IMG/VR virus record: IMGVR_UViG_3300013121_000008
Location: 1 to 64,000 of that record
Source: a virus
Taxonomy: Duplodnaviria > Heunggongvirae > Uroviricota > Caudoviricetes
Direction: 5' to 3' (one strand)
Length of the DNA: 64,000 nucleotides
Shown here: positions 44,729 to 55,133 of the stretch, one piece after another
Numbering within the stretch: position 1 is the first letter of the stretch
How the letters are laid out: each line of letters starts with the position of its first letter
Translations under genes and position numbers: made by a program
Notes under the pieces: model-generated
Database searches by the model: none
What the model was told of the DNA's origin: nothing
What the model saw: only the letters and a program-made list of their open reading frames with translations

Positions 44729-46108
44729 ATGCGAAACCAGAATGATTTAAAAAATAGATTTACTATAGGAAGCAAAATACATGGTTTTTCTGACCAGGGT
44801 ATAGCTTTTATGTCTAGAAAATCTAATACTGATTTTGGTTCTCCCTGGCAAGGTTTAAATAATTCTACTTCATTATTTATGTTAAATAATATGTCAAATA
44901 ATTCTACTCCAGCTTTTGCCGCTAATAGCATTCCAATTGATCAACGAGTGGCTGATTTTAGACAATTTGACTATCAAACACCCTTACAAAAGAGACTTAT
45001 AGAAGCAGAATTCACTAAAAAGAATATACAATCCATTGATAGAATGTACTTTTTAGATCCTGCTTTAACGACCCCTTTAGCGTCGGAAGACTATGCTAAA
45101 TATGGTCTAAATACTAGTAAAAAGTTACAAGTAATAGACATTACTAAAAATAATTATAGTGTTGAAGACGCTGATACTATTTTATTTAAGAGTTTTGGTG
45201 GAGAAGCAGCCGTTCGTTTAACAGGTATAGATGCTCCAGAAGTTAGTCATAGTATTTTCTCTGATAAATTTTCCCTTTCTGATAGACAACCCTATGGCGA
45301 AGAAGCTAAAAATTATTTAAGAGATAAATTAAAAGCTGCAAAGTCTGTTAAATTAGTATTAGATCCTCAACAAGATACCTATGGTAGATCGTTGGGTGTT
45401 GTTATAGCTGATGGAGAAAATCTTAATTTAGATTTAGTTAAGAAAGGTTTTGCTTTAAGTTTGCCATTCGGAGATCCAAAAGAAGATTTAATGTCTCGTT
45501 CTGCTATAAGTAATTTTGAAAATATGGCCTATAGAAATAAAGAAGGTCTTTGGAAGAGTAGTTACTGGCAAATATATAAACAAACAATGTCAGATAGAGC
45601 TAGAGTCACAAACGTTTCTCTTCAAAGAGTTGATAGATTAGCTAAAAATTTGAATTTAGCGGGTTTACAGTCTACAATGGAATATGCAGAGGCAAATAGC
45701 ATTAATGATCATATTAAAGCCGCCTCTTCTATATTAAGACCTAAAATGCAAAATATAAATGAAAAAAAGGAATATGAAGAAAGAAATAAGTTAAAATTAA
45801 ATTATGGTTTTAGTCAAAATAAGATTCAAAGTCAATTATTAGTTGAAACAAAAGAATTTATGAACTATAATTCTTCTATGAATACAAAGAAAAATAACTT
45901 ATATGAATCTAATATGAGTAAATTAAGGCTTAATAAATCATCTATAATAGATTCTACTTATCAATCAACATCTTCGTATAGAGAAGCCCCTTCATTTTAT
46001 GTTCAAGAATATAATAAAAAATTAAAAAGAAAAAAAAGAACTGGTCAAGCTCAAAGAATGGCCAACAAAACAATGAACTCGAATACGCAAAATGCTTCTG
46101 CGTGGTAA
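44729..46108 (+). CDS. staphylococcal-nuclease (SNase/thermonuclease)-domain protein
   Basis: Central ...AAVRLTGIDAPEVSH...RQPYGEEAKNYLRDKL...VKLVLDPQQDTYGRSLGVVIADGENLNLDLVKKGFA matches the SNase motifs (GIDAPE, catalytic R/E, D.YGR). Confidence 0.6.
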   Translation: MRNQNDLKNRFTIGSKIHGFSDQGIAFMSRKSNTDFGSPWQGLNNSTSLFMLNNMSNNSTPAFAANSIPIDQRVADFRQFDYQTPLQKRLIEAEFTKKNIQSIDRMYFLDPALTTPLASEDYAKYGLNTSKKLQVIDITKNNYSVEDADTILFKSFGGEAAVRLTGIDAPEVSHSIFSDKFSLSDRQPYGEEAKNYLRDKLKAAKSVKLVLDPQQDTYGRSLGVVIADGENLNLDLVKKGFALSLPFGDPKEDLMSRSAISNFENMAYRNKEGLWKSSYWQIYKQTMSDRARVTNVSLQRVDRLAKNLNLAGLQSTMEYAEANSINDHIKAASSILRPKMQNINEKKEYEERNKLKLNYGFSQNKIQSQLLVETKEFMNYNSSMNTKKNNLYESNMSKLRLNKSSIIDSTYQSTSSYREAPSFYVQEYNKKLKRKKRTGQAQRMANKTMNSNTQNASAW

Positions 46109-46118
46109 AAGGATTTAA

Positions 46119-46913
46119 ATGGATAGACCAACGTTTTCTGATATCTCAATAAAAGAAGTTTTAGGATTTACTTTTTCTCCTAAAGGTGCTGGCGCATGGG
46201 AAGGTTGGGGAGGCCAATGGATTAGTGGAAATCAAATCCCTTCATTTCAACAACCCTCAAACTCTTTAGAATCATTATTAAATATAAGAAAAATAGGAAA
46301 CGCTGGCCCCGGTAATACTTTGATGTCATCTTTCAGAGTTTTTAGTGGTGTTCAAAGTGTTTTAACTGGCTTTTCCGATGGCGGTTTTGGAGGTGCTTTA
46401 GCTTGGGGCGCATCAGAAGTAATTACATCTGGTATAGTGGGCTCTGCTGCTGCGTCTGGTGTCAGTACAGGTGGTCAAATTGGTATTGGCATTGGAGGGG
46501 GAATAGGAACCATACTGTCTGGTGGATCTCCTATTGGTAATATTGTTGGACAAGCCACTGCCTCCTTTCTTATGCAAAGCAGTGCAGGAGGCGCTCTAGC
46601 TGGTGCCGCAATAGGCATAGGCGGTCCTTTGATGCTTGGTGCAGCAACAGCACTGGGAGCCACCTATTTGGCCGGTAGAGGCTCTTATGAGGTCATGAAG
46701 GCGGGATACGCAAGAAGACAAAGACTAACTCATAGTATTGATACTGCAGGTTCTATGGCCGCTTTTATGAACAAAAATGCCTTCACCATGAGAGGAAAAG
46801 CTATAGCAGCAATAAGAAATAATCACTTGAATGCTAGATCTGCTTTTGGTCAAGAAGCGAAAAGAGTTCATTTCTCCTCTTCTCGTAAATTTATTAATAA
46901 TGGACTATACTAA
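46119..46913 (+). CDS. glycine-zipper membrane protein
   Basis: 264 aa; long GxxxG-rich hydrophobic stretch (GIGIGGGIGTILSGG...AGGALAGAAIGIGGPLMLGAATALG). Confidence 0.45.
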   Translation: MDRPTFSDISIKEVLGFTFSPKGAGAWEGWGGQWISGNQIPSFQQPSNSLESLLNIRKIGNAGPGNTLMSSFRVFSGVQSVLTGFSDGGFGGALAWGASEVITSGIVGSAAASGVSTGGQIGIGIGGGIGTILSGGSPIGNIVGQATASFLMQSSAGGALAGAAIGIGGPLMLGAATALGATYLAGRGSYEVMKAGYARRQRLTHSIDTAGSMAAFMNKNAFTMRGKAIAAIRNNHLNARSAFGQEAKRVHFSSSRKFINNGLY

Positions 46914-49117
46914 TGGAATTGAATTTAGAACAAGAACTAGATAAAATATATGAAACAAATAAATATAATTATAAATTTTTAAGATTTGATAGACAGCCTT
47001 CGGAAGAGTTAGTTAACTATTATGTTGATAACTTCAACATTAATACAGATTGTCATTATAGTTGTGTGACTTGTCAAATAGACTATATAAATAAATATAG
47101 AGATCAATTAGAGATTTTAAATGAAAAAACTAAATCTTTAACGGGCCAAAAATTAAAAAAATGGTTTCTAATTAAATGTAATTTCATTCCCAAGGGTTTA
47201 AGCGGTATCAATAAAGACAAATTTGATGCTTTAATAGAAAGCGGCGTAGAAAAAAGAAGAGCATTAAGAATTCTTTTATCTACTATAGATTCTGCTGCTT
47301 GGGCTGAATTAATGATTGGTTTTGATGATGAAACTAAAAAAGAAGAAATCGGTGAACAATTTTACTTAAGATGGTATCAAAAACATATTATTAGGTGTAC
47401 TGCTGACAGAAAAGTGTTAAGACAAGGACGTAGATCTGGAAAGACTGCTGCTGTTTGTGTATCTCTAATAGATAAAGTTTTTAATCATAAAGTATATAAA
47501 GGCATTGATATCAATACTAAAGAAAAGATTTATGGTGGACCTAAAATAGCTATTATTACCCCTTTCCAGTCTCAAGTTTCTGTTATATTCGAACAATTAG
47601 AAGACTATATTAGACGTAATAAAGATTTAGAAAAACAAATCGTTCAAAGAGGTTCAAAACTATATAAACAAACTCCTCCTATGTTGATGGAGTTTAAAAA
47701 CGGAGCTTCTATAACTGGCTTTGTAACGGGAGCGAATAATAAAGAAGACGGAACGGCTGGTGGTGCTATTCGTGGTATTACTGGTGATATTATTTATTTA
47801 GACGAAATGGACATGATTCCAGAGAATATCTATAAAAAAGTTATAGAACCATTAAAACTGTCTAAGCCTCAAACCTATTTTATTGGCTCTTCTACCCCTA
47901 TTGGTAAAAAAGCTACCTTCTATAAATGGTGTAAAGAAGATTTAAAATATAAGGAATTTTATGTTCCTTCTACCGCACTTCCTCATTGGGAACTTGAAGA
48001 AGATCAATACTTATCTGAATCAACTGGTGAGTCTTTTAGAGCAGAATATATGGCTGACTTTATAGTGGACTCTTATGGTGTGTTTAAAAATCCACTTATA
48101 GTAGCAGCTAGAATGAACTATACTTATGATCAAACTAATAATCCACAATTTTGGCTAAATGAGTTTGGAGAAGATTATTATAAGTTCATAAAATGTATTG
48201 GAGTCGACTGGAATAAAACTGTAGGAACAGAATTCTCGGTAGTGGCTTACTCTCCATCGACTGGAAGATATTGGACGTTAGAGAATTATTTAATGCCACC
48301 AACCGAATATTCTAGTGAAGGATATAAAGAAAAACTAAAAGATTTAAATTTCAAATGGGATCCTAAGTATATTTATGCAGATGAAGGATACGGACATACT
48401 ATTTTAGAGAATTTACAATTAGATTCTATGTATATCTCTAAAATGAGAGAAAAAACAGCATTTGACATATCAGTTGCTAAAATTAAAGATAAATTAAAAA
48501 TAATTAATTTTTCTTCTAAATTAGAGTTGTTTAATCGCGCTGTGAACCATAAATTTGAAAAACATGCTAAATCTTTTTTGATTGAAAATGCAGTACAAAT
48601 ATTCGAAAGAGAAGCAATAGGGTTTTCTGAATCTGATTTTAGCTTAATCAAACAATTAGGTAACTATATAGAGAAAGAAAAAAAGGATAATGGAAGAGTA
48701 ATCTATGCTATGGAAAATGATAGTATAGGAGATCATAGACTAGATGCTCTTTGTTTGGGTTTGGCGGGGTTAGTTATAGAGGAATCTTTATTCTCTGTTA
48801 ATTATAGAGATTTATCCACTCCAAGATATATCCCGAATAATGAAACTCAAAATTCTAATGCCGATGAATTAATCCTAAAGGATATTTTTGATTATAGAAA
48901 CTATATAAAAGATAAAGCTAAAAATTCATTGAGACGCTCTCAAATTGATAGATCTTTACAAGAAAAACAAGATGAAGGTTATTTTTCAGAAAAAGGATTG
49001 GCTACTTTTGTAAAAACTGATAGAAAACAAGATTATGATGGTAGTTATGGTGTAAAATATACTCCAAAAACAATAGGCAAGAGAAGAGGCGCCTCTATAA
49101 AGCGAAAAGGATTCTAA
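46913..49117 (+). CDS. terL: terminase large subunit
   Basis: Walker A LRQGRRSGKTAAV, Walker B-like IIYLDEMD, the 734 aa size, and a C-terminal acidic nuclease-like region. Confidence 0.75.
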   Translation: MELNLEQELDKIYETNKYNYKFLRFDRQPSEELVNYYVDNFNINTDCHYSCVTCQIDYINKYRDQLEILNEKTKSLTGQKLKKWFLIKCNFIPKGLSGINKDKFDALIESGVEKRRALRILLSTIDSAAWAELMIGFDDETKKEEIGEQFYLRWYQKHIIRCTADRKVLRQGRRSGKTAAVCVSLIDKVFNHKVYKGIDINTKEKIYGGPKIAIITPFQSQVSVIFEQLEDYIRRNKDLEKQIVQRGSKLYKQTPPMLMEFKNGASITGFVTGANNKEDGTAGGAIRGITGDIIYLDEMDMIPENIYKKVIEPLKLSKPQTYFIGSSTPIGKKATFYKWCKEDLKYKEFYVPSTALPHWELEEDQYLSESTGESFRAEYMADFIVDSYGVFKNPLIVAARMNYTYDQTNNPQFWLNEFGEDYYKFIKCIGVDWNKTVGTEFSVVAYSPSTGRYWTLENYLMPPTEYSSEGYKEKLKDLNFKWDPKYIYADEGYGHTILENLQLDSMYISKMREKTAFDISVAKIKDKLKIINFSSKLELFNRAVNHKFEKHAKSFLIENAVQIFEREAIGFSESDFSLIKQLGNYIEKEKKDNGRVIYAMENDSIGDHRLDALCLGLAGLVIEESLFSVNYRDLSTPRYIPNNETQNSNADELILKDIFDYRNYIKDKAKNSLRRSQIDRSLQEKQDEGYFSEKGLATFVKTDRKQDYDGSYGVKYTPKTIGKRRGASIKRKGF

Positions 49118-49545
49118 TGTTAAGATTTTACGATGAAAATAGAGAATTACTTACTAGTGCTCTTAGATTCACAGCGGATGGTAATTTAGGAGCTTCAAAG
49201 CAAAAAATCATTTATATTAAAAATGATGATTTAACAAAATATTATACAAATATAGTTTTATCGGCTACATCTACTAATTATGAAGATGTTTTAGGGGAGT
49301 GGGCTGAAACAGGTTTTGGTGTTAAGTTTTTATACGGTGAAAGACAACCGACGGAAACAGAATGGGACCAAGTAAAATCTGGTGAATCTATTATTTTACC
49401 AGATATAGGAGACTCTGACGCGGCTGACACAGCTAATTACTATCCTATTTGGATTAGAGTTTTAATTCCCGGAAAAACTTCAGCCCAAAGAAAAACAGAT
49501 ATAGGATTTAAAGTAACTGCTTCTCCTCAATTAGTCGGTGTTTAA
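49117..49545 (+). CDS. hypothetical protein
   Basis: 142 aa, start overlaps terL stop (ATGA). Confidence 0.45.
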   Translation: MLRFYDENRELLTSALRFTADGNLGASKQKIIYIKNDDLTKYYTNIVLSATSTNYEDVLGEWAETGFGVKFLYGERQPTETEWDQVKSGESIILPDIGDSDAADTANYYPIWIRVLIPGKTSAQRKTDIGFKVTASPQLVGV

Positions 49546-49985
49546 TGTCTATAGTGATTAAAAAAATAGAAGACGTTAATACACGTACAGATCTTATCAA
49601 TAGAAGAAAAACTAAAACAATCGTTTCCGACTCTATAGATAAAGAAAATGTCATATCATTTGATAGTGCGGTTAAAGATTTTCTAGATTCGACTAGCCTG
49701 ACTGATTCCGAAAAAGAAAAACTTTCGGAAGAATGGAATGCCGTAAATGAATTAAAAACAAAAATTAAAACTAATAATTCTTTAGTGGCTTCTGTAACTA
49801 ATAAAATAAATAAAGAGTTAGCTGATTTTGAATTTGAATTCGATATATCCGATCAACCTATACTAAAAAAAGCTGTTAAAAAAATATTTAAAAAGAATTT
49901 GAATAAAATTAATTATGAAATGTATTTAAGAGCGAAAGAAGAGTTAGCAAAAATACATTTGGATAAGATAAAAGAGGTAGAGTAA
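49545..49985 (+). CDS. hypothetical protein
   Basis: 146 aa, overlapping start/stop. Confidence 0.45.
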   Translation: MSIVIKKIEDVNTRTDLINRRKTKTIVSDSIDKENVISFDSAVKDFLDSTSLTDSEKEKLSEEWNAVNELKTKIKTNNSLVASVTNKINKELADFEFEFDISDQPILKKAVKKIFKKNLNKINYEMYLRAKEELAKIHLDKIKEVE

Positions 49986-50221
49986 TGGACGAAGAAAATA
50001 TTGCAGAATTATATGCAAAATTATTTCCATATATTGTAAAAGACTTCCCGTTCAAAGAAGATCTAAAAACAATACTTTTAGCCTTTAATATGCCAAATCC
50101 CTCTATTTTTGCACTAGACTCTTCTCCAGAAGGCTTCAAAAAGGCTATTTTCTTAAAAAGTATAATAGATTCTGGTGATGACGAATTGACAAAAAAGATA
50201 AAACCAATAATTAAAATATAA
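49985..50221 (+). CDS. hypothetical protein
   Basis: 78 aa. Confidence 0.35.
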   Translation: MDEENIAELYAKLFPYIVKDFPFKEDLKTILLAFNMPNPSIFALDSSPEGFKKAIFLKSIIDSGDDELTKKIKPIIKI

Positions 50222-51580
50222 ATGGAATTTACTCAAAAAGAAATAAATTTAGGTTTGATTACTTCTAAATATGAAGAAGCTTTATTAAAAAGTGAAGATA
50301 AAAAAGCTTTTAAAGTTATGTTGGCTTCTACTATCAAGGATTTAGATTTTATTAATCAGATAACTGAGAACTCTATAAATAAGTTTCCGGGGACAAAGTA
50401 TTCAGATACCGTTCCTTCAAAGAAACAATCTCAAGAAACTGTATCTTTGGAAGTTTTAGAAAATCTAAATCTTAAAAATGTAGATCCAAATAAATTATTA
50501 AACTATATAGAGAAATGTCTTGATTGTGATAATAGAATAAAATTTGATTTTCAATTGAATCCAGATTTAAATCTATCTGAATCTTTTAGTAATTTAATGT
50601 CAGATGTTAATCAAAGTCTTTCCTTAATAGACGAAACGTTCTCTAAAGAAAGAGACTTATCTCAAATTTGTGCCTTATTAAGACTATTTGAGGGCATTAC
50701 TTGTCCACAAGACATACTTATGATGATTATATCTTTCAAATTAGCGTTAAAGCAGTACGCTAGCCAAGGTTTGTCTTTGAAATTTGACTGGCTTACCTTA
50801 TTCGGTCCAATAATTCAAGGAATAGCTCAATTGTTAGCGGCACTGACGAACACAATGTTTTCTATTATTGAAAACCCATTAGATTGTCTGATGTCTAAGA
50901 TTTATGCTAATTTAGACTTGCTAAAACAAATAAATCCAGACATGTTTAACGGCTCAGATCCCAATATATTAAATATATCAACTGTATCTTCAACAAAAGA
51001 TGGTTTTAAACAGAATACATTAACTTTAGAGCAGTTTGACGAGAAAATTAATCAAAAAAATTCTGTTCCGACTGGTTTTGATTTAAACTTTAATCTAATT
51101 GATTTTATAAATCTAAATGGTTCAGATTCTTTTTCTAAATTGTCTCTTCCAGATAAATTTGTCTTAGCTTTTCAAGACGCAAGAAATACAATTGCTAGAT
51201 TAAAAAATAAAATATTAGAATTGATAAATAATATAAATGGTTTGGTAAAGAACGGGAAATTGTTAGAAATTAAAAACATATCAATTATATTATTTATTAC
51301 AGATATACTTTCTTTCCTTGGTGAATTTATAAATCTTGATTTTGATAATCTTTATCAACTTTGTGAAAATAATCCTTCAAAACTAGAAGATTTGGTAAAA
51401 TCATTATATAATGATGTTGATACCTCTGTAAAAAGAGTTGATAATGGTTTTGAAATTATATTATCTTCTAACGATGAGGATAGAAAGATTTATGTTAATA
51501 GTTGTGCTACAGTGAAATCTGAAAGTCTTAACTATCTCAATAACTTAATAGATGACATAGAGAGCAAACTGAATGGATAA
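50222..51580 (+). CDS. hypothetical structural/assembly protein
   Basis: 452 aa ORF in morphogenesis block. Confidence 0.45.
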   Translation: MEFTQKEINLGLITSKYEEALLKSEDKKAFKVMLASTIKDLDFINQITENSINKFPGTKYSDTVPSKKQSQETVSLEVLENLNLKNVDPNKLLNYIEKCLDCDNRIKFDFQLNPDLNLSESFSNLMSDVNQSLSLIDETFSKERDLSQICALLRLFEGITCPQDILMMIISFKLALKQYASQGLSLKFDWLTLFGPIIQGIAQLLAALTNTMFSIIENPLDCLMSKIYANLDLLKQINPDMFNGSDPNILNISTVSSTKDGFKQNTLTLEQFDEKINQKNSVPTGFDLNFNLIDFINLNGSDSFSKLSLPDKFVLAFQDARNTIARLKNKILELINNINGLVKNGKLLEIKNISIILFITDILSFLGEFINLDFDNLYQLCENNPSKLEDLVKSLYNDVDTSVKRVDNGFEIILSSNDEDRKIYVNSCATVKSESLNYLNNLIDDIESKLNG

Positions 51581-53345
51581 AGATTTAATCGAAATTTTTA
51601 ACAATTTAAACTTGTTGAATGATGCCGTTTCTACTTCTTATAGTAAAATAAAGCCTCTTCGAAACCCAGTTAACAGTTATGGCCGCAATTTAGGTATTTT
51701 CTCAAAACCAGCTTTTAATTTTGGTAATATAAAATCTGCTCAACAAACAGACAGTTATCTTTCTAGAGCTATTGAAAAGAAAACTCTTAAATTCTTATTG
51801 GGCGGTTATGAATTCAATGGCGAAAATCATAAAACTGTTACTTATATATTGAAAAGAATAAAGCAATTTGAAATAGCTTCTAAAAAACCATGGACAATTT
51901 TATTAAAAGAAACTGCTCATGATTTGTTTAGATATCAAAATGCTATGTGGCTTTTAGTTAGAGACGAAAATAATTCTGGTGGAAGAGTATATAAGCAGAA
52001 CGGAAAAGAAATAAAACCAATCGCTGGTATATTTATACTACCTTTCGAAGCACTTGAATTCAAAAGAAAGTCTAATGGCGAAATAGAAAAGGTAAAACTA
52101 AACGTTCCTGGCGCAAAAACATCTCCCGAATGGCCAATAGAGAATATTATTCATTTTTATGTTAACAAAAACCCAGGAGATATAGTAGCAAATCCAATTC
52201 TATTCTCATGTATCGAAGATTTAACATTTTTAAGAAGAATTGAAGAAAACGTATTAGAATTAATAGAATCTAATTTATTTCCTCTATTTCACTATAAAAT
52301 TGGCACTGATGACTATCCAGAAGTAATAAATCCAAAAACTGGTATGAGAGAAGCAGAAGAAATGGCAGAGGTATTAGAATATATGCCGTCCTCTGGATTG
52401 TATATCTCTGACTGGAGACATAGTATAGAAGCTATAGGTTCTGAGGGCAGGGCCCTTAATATCGATAACTACTTAGAATACTTTAAGAAAAGAGTTTTTG
52501 CCGCACTAGGAATGTCAGCTACTGACTTTGGTGAGGGTGACACTTCTAATAGAAGCACCGCACAAACTCAATCTAAGTCTTTAACGGAAGCTGTAGAAGC
52601 CGTTCAAATCGTTATAAAGACTTTTATAGATACCTATTTAATTCCACAATTATTAATAGAAAGTGTTTTTAAATTTGATGTAAGTGCTCCAGAAAATTTA
52701 GTAGAAATTAATTTTAATAAAATTGATATATCTGAACAAATTTTAATGGAAAACAACGGTAAGGAACTGTATAACTCTAATGCTATTACTTACGAAGAAT
52801 ATAGAAAGCATATTGGTAAAAAACCGCTTAAAGAAGAACAAGAAAGTTCTCTTATGTATCATAAATTTCCCAATAGAGCAGAGATTGCTAAAGTAGAACA
52901 AATTAAATCTGGAAGTGCTTCTAGCACAACTGCACAAAATCAACACGGTAAGGCTAGAAAAAAGACTAGTTCTCAAAAAGATAATAGATTAATAAAATTA
53001 TTTGAAAATATAAAATTGGACTTTATTTTAAAAACAAAATCTGAAATAGATTCAAATATAATTGATAATTATGTCAATGAACTATATAATATTTACAATC
53101 TTAAATATTTTGGCTATAAATACAATTTTGAAGAGCAAGATTACGATACAAAGATAAACTTGTATAGACAATCTGCTGATAAAATTATAGAATTTATTGA
53201 TTTAATAAATAAAAAAGTTGAATTTTCTGATCAGTTTTCTATTAAATTAGAAATGTTAATAGATAATACTGTATGGTATTTCGAAGATATTCAAAAAGAA
53301 TTAGAATCTTTCAATAAAAAAATAGAACAAGAAGAGAATTTATAA
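51573..53345 (+). CDS. putative portal protein (assigned by size and position only)
   Basis: 590 aa; downstream of terL and upstream of capsid candidates; no motif verified. Confidence 0.35.
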   Translation: MDKDLIEIFNNLNLLNDAVSTSYSKIKPLRNPVNSYGRNLGIFSKPAFNFGNIKSAQQTDSYLSRAIEKKTLKFLLGGYEFNGENHKTVTYILKRIKQFEIASKKPWTILLKETAHDLFRYQNAMWLLVRDENNSGGRVYKQNGKEIKPIAGIFILPFEALEFKRKSNGEIEKVKLNVPGAKTSPEWPIENIIHFYVNKNPGDIVANPILFSCIEDLTFLRRIEENVLELIESNLFPLFHYKIGTDDYPEVINPKTGMREAEEMAEVLEYMPSSGLYISDWRHSIEAIGSEGRALNIDNYLEYFKKRVFAALGMSATDFGEGDTSNRSTAQTQSKSLTEAVEAVQIVIKTFIDTYLIPQLLIESVFKFDVSAPENLVEINFNKIDISEQILMENNGKELYNSNAITYEEYRKHIGKKPLKEEQESSLMYHKFPNRAEIAKVEQIKSGSASSTTAQNQHGKARKKTSSQKDNRLIKLFENIKLDFILKTKSEIDSNIIDNYVNELYNIYNLKYFGYKYNFEEQDYDTKINLYRQSADKIIEFIDLINKKVEFSDQFSIKLEMLIDNTVWYFEDIQKELESFNKKIEQEENL

Positions 53346-55126
53346 TGGAATTTGATAAGAAACAAAATCAACTTAATTTTTTCATCAAATTAGATGAGAA
53401 AATAGCTAATCTTTCCTCAAAAGATAAAGTTGCGTTTATAGATAATTTGATAAAAAATGGAAATTCAATAAATATTAATTTTCCGTTTTCTCACTCAGGT
53501 AGATTGATTAATCGTAGAATTTACTCGAAGAAAGGTCAGAAACAAGTAATACATGATTTGGTGAATCCCACTCCGGCTCCAATTACTTTAGACCACGAAG
53601 ATAAAACAAGTAATATAATTGGAAGAATTGTCAAGGCTGATTATGTGGATACATTTGCAGAGGCTAAGGCTTTTTTCGATAATAAAAAAATAAATCCTGC
53701 TTATCTTAATGACATTGAAGATGGATTAAAGAAATTAGATTATGAAAAGCTTTCAAACGCCTATCATAAGAGTAAAGTTTTAATGTTTAGAGACTGGAAA
53801 GGTACTGGCTTCATTAAAACTCTAGGCCGCATTTCAGATCCAGACGCAATAGTCAAATTCATTGATCAAAGATACTTAAATCTTTCAGCCGAGCAAAATA
53901 GTGATGTACATGTATGTTCTATTTGTTTGTTAGATTGGAAAAAAGATGGCTTGTGCGAGCATCTCCCTGGAAGAGTATACGATGGCAAAATGGCCTTTAG
54001 TCTTTGCGGTAACATGACAGGATATGGAACTTCTGTTGTTGTAAATGGGGCTGATCCCGATTCATTTGTTAATGAAATAACGTTAAACGACAGTGAAGGA
54101 AATTCTTTAGAAGAAATTTCTGTTAGATTACTTGATAATTTAATAGTTGATTCTTCAATATATGTAGAGGAAAATAATAAAATGAATTTAATTGAATCCT
54201 ATTTAAAAGGCGAAGAATTAACTAAAGATCAACTATTTGATTTATTTTTAGAAGTTTCTGGAGAAACTCTAAATAGAAGCGAATTTGATGGCCTTTCAGA
54301 TTCTATAAAAGTAAACGGATTACCAGTTCTTTCTGTAAAAATTAAAGAAAAACTAGAATCTTTAGAATTAGAAGATTCTTTAAAAGCAGAAGGTTCAGTG
54401 TTTAGTAATTTAATGGCTAAGATTCAACTTTTTGAAGATGAGTCGGCCGAAGAACTTAAAGACACAAAGATTAATCCTGAAACTATAGTAGATTTCTTAA
54501 CTGTTGAGTCCCTAAAAGATGAAAATAATGTTGTATTATTGGATAGAGTAAAAGAAATTGTAAATCAATTAAATTTGATTCCAGATTCAGTCTCTACAGA
54601 ACTAGAAGAAGTTAAAAATAAATTACAACAATTAGAAAATGCTAAAGTTGATTTAGAAAAAGATTCAGTTCTTTTGAGAGAGAAAGAAAAAAATAGAATC
54701 ATAATGATTGATTATAGAAATCTTTTAAGAGATCATGTTAATTTAGTAAAGAATTTTGATAGTCAAAAAGAAAAACTTGATAACTTACTTGAAAAAAGTA
54801 TACCTATTTTTAGTACAATCTTTTCAGATAAAGATTTTTCTGAAATAAATTTTGAAAAAGTTATTGAAATAGTAGATTCTTTTGATAAAGATACTTTAGA
54901 ATCAAAATTAAACGACGGTTTAGCAAATAAAAAAATTGAACCAATAGAATTAGAAGACAATATTAATAACACTTCAATAGAGTCTTTAACTTCATACGAA
55001 AAGAAAGTATTAAGTAATTTCAAAAGCATATTAGATAGTGACGGTGAACAGGCAGCTAAAGCTTATTTCAAAAAAGTAAAGATATACTGCTCAAAAGATT
55101 TCGATCCAAATAAATTTTCGGAGTAA
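53345..55126 (+). CDS. putative scaffolding / assembly protein (acidic, coiled-coil rich)
   Basis: 593 aa; C-terminal half is E/K/L-rich heptad-like (ELEEVKNKLQQLENAKVDLEKD...). Confidence 0.35.
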   Translation: MEFDKKQNQLNFFIKLDEKIANLSSKDKVAFIDNLIKNGNSININFPFSHSGRLINRRIYSKKGQKQVIHDLVNPTPAPITLDHEDKTSNIIGRIVKADYVDTFAEAKAFFDNKKINPAYLNDIEDGLKKLDYEKLSNAYHKSKVLMFRDWKGTGFIKTLGRISDPDAIVKFIDQRYLNLSAEQNSDVHVCSICLLDWKKDGLCEHLPGRVYDGKMAFSLCGNMTGYGTSVVVNGADPDSFVNEITLNDSEGNSLEEISVRLLDNLIVDSSIYVEENNKMNLIESYLKGEELTKDQLFDLFLEVSGETLNRSEFDGLSDSIKVNGLPVLSVKIKEKLESLELEDSLKAEGSVFSNLMAKIQLFEDESAEELKDTKINPETIVDFLTVESLKDENNVVLLDRVKEIVNQLNLIPDSVSTELEEVKNKLQQLENAKVDLEKDSVLLREKEKNRIIMIDYRNLLRDHVNLVKNFDSQKEKLDNLLEKSIPIFSTIFSDKDFSEINFEKVIEIVDSFDKDTLESKLNDGLANKKIEPIELEDNINNTSIESLTSYEKKVLSNFKSILDSDGEQAAKAYFKKVKIYCSKDFDPNKFSE

Positions 55127-55133
55127 TTAGAAA

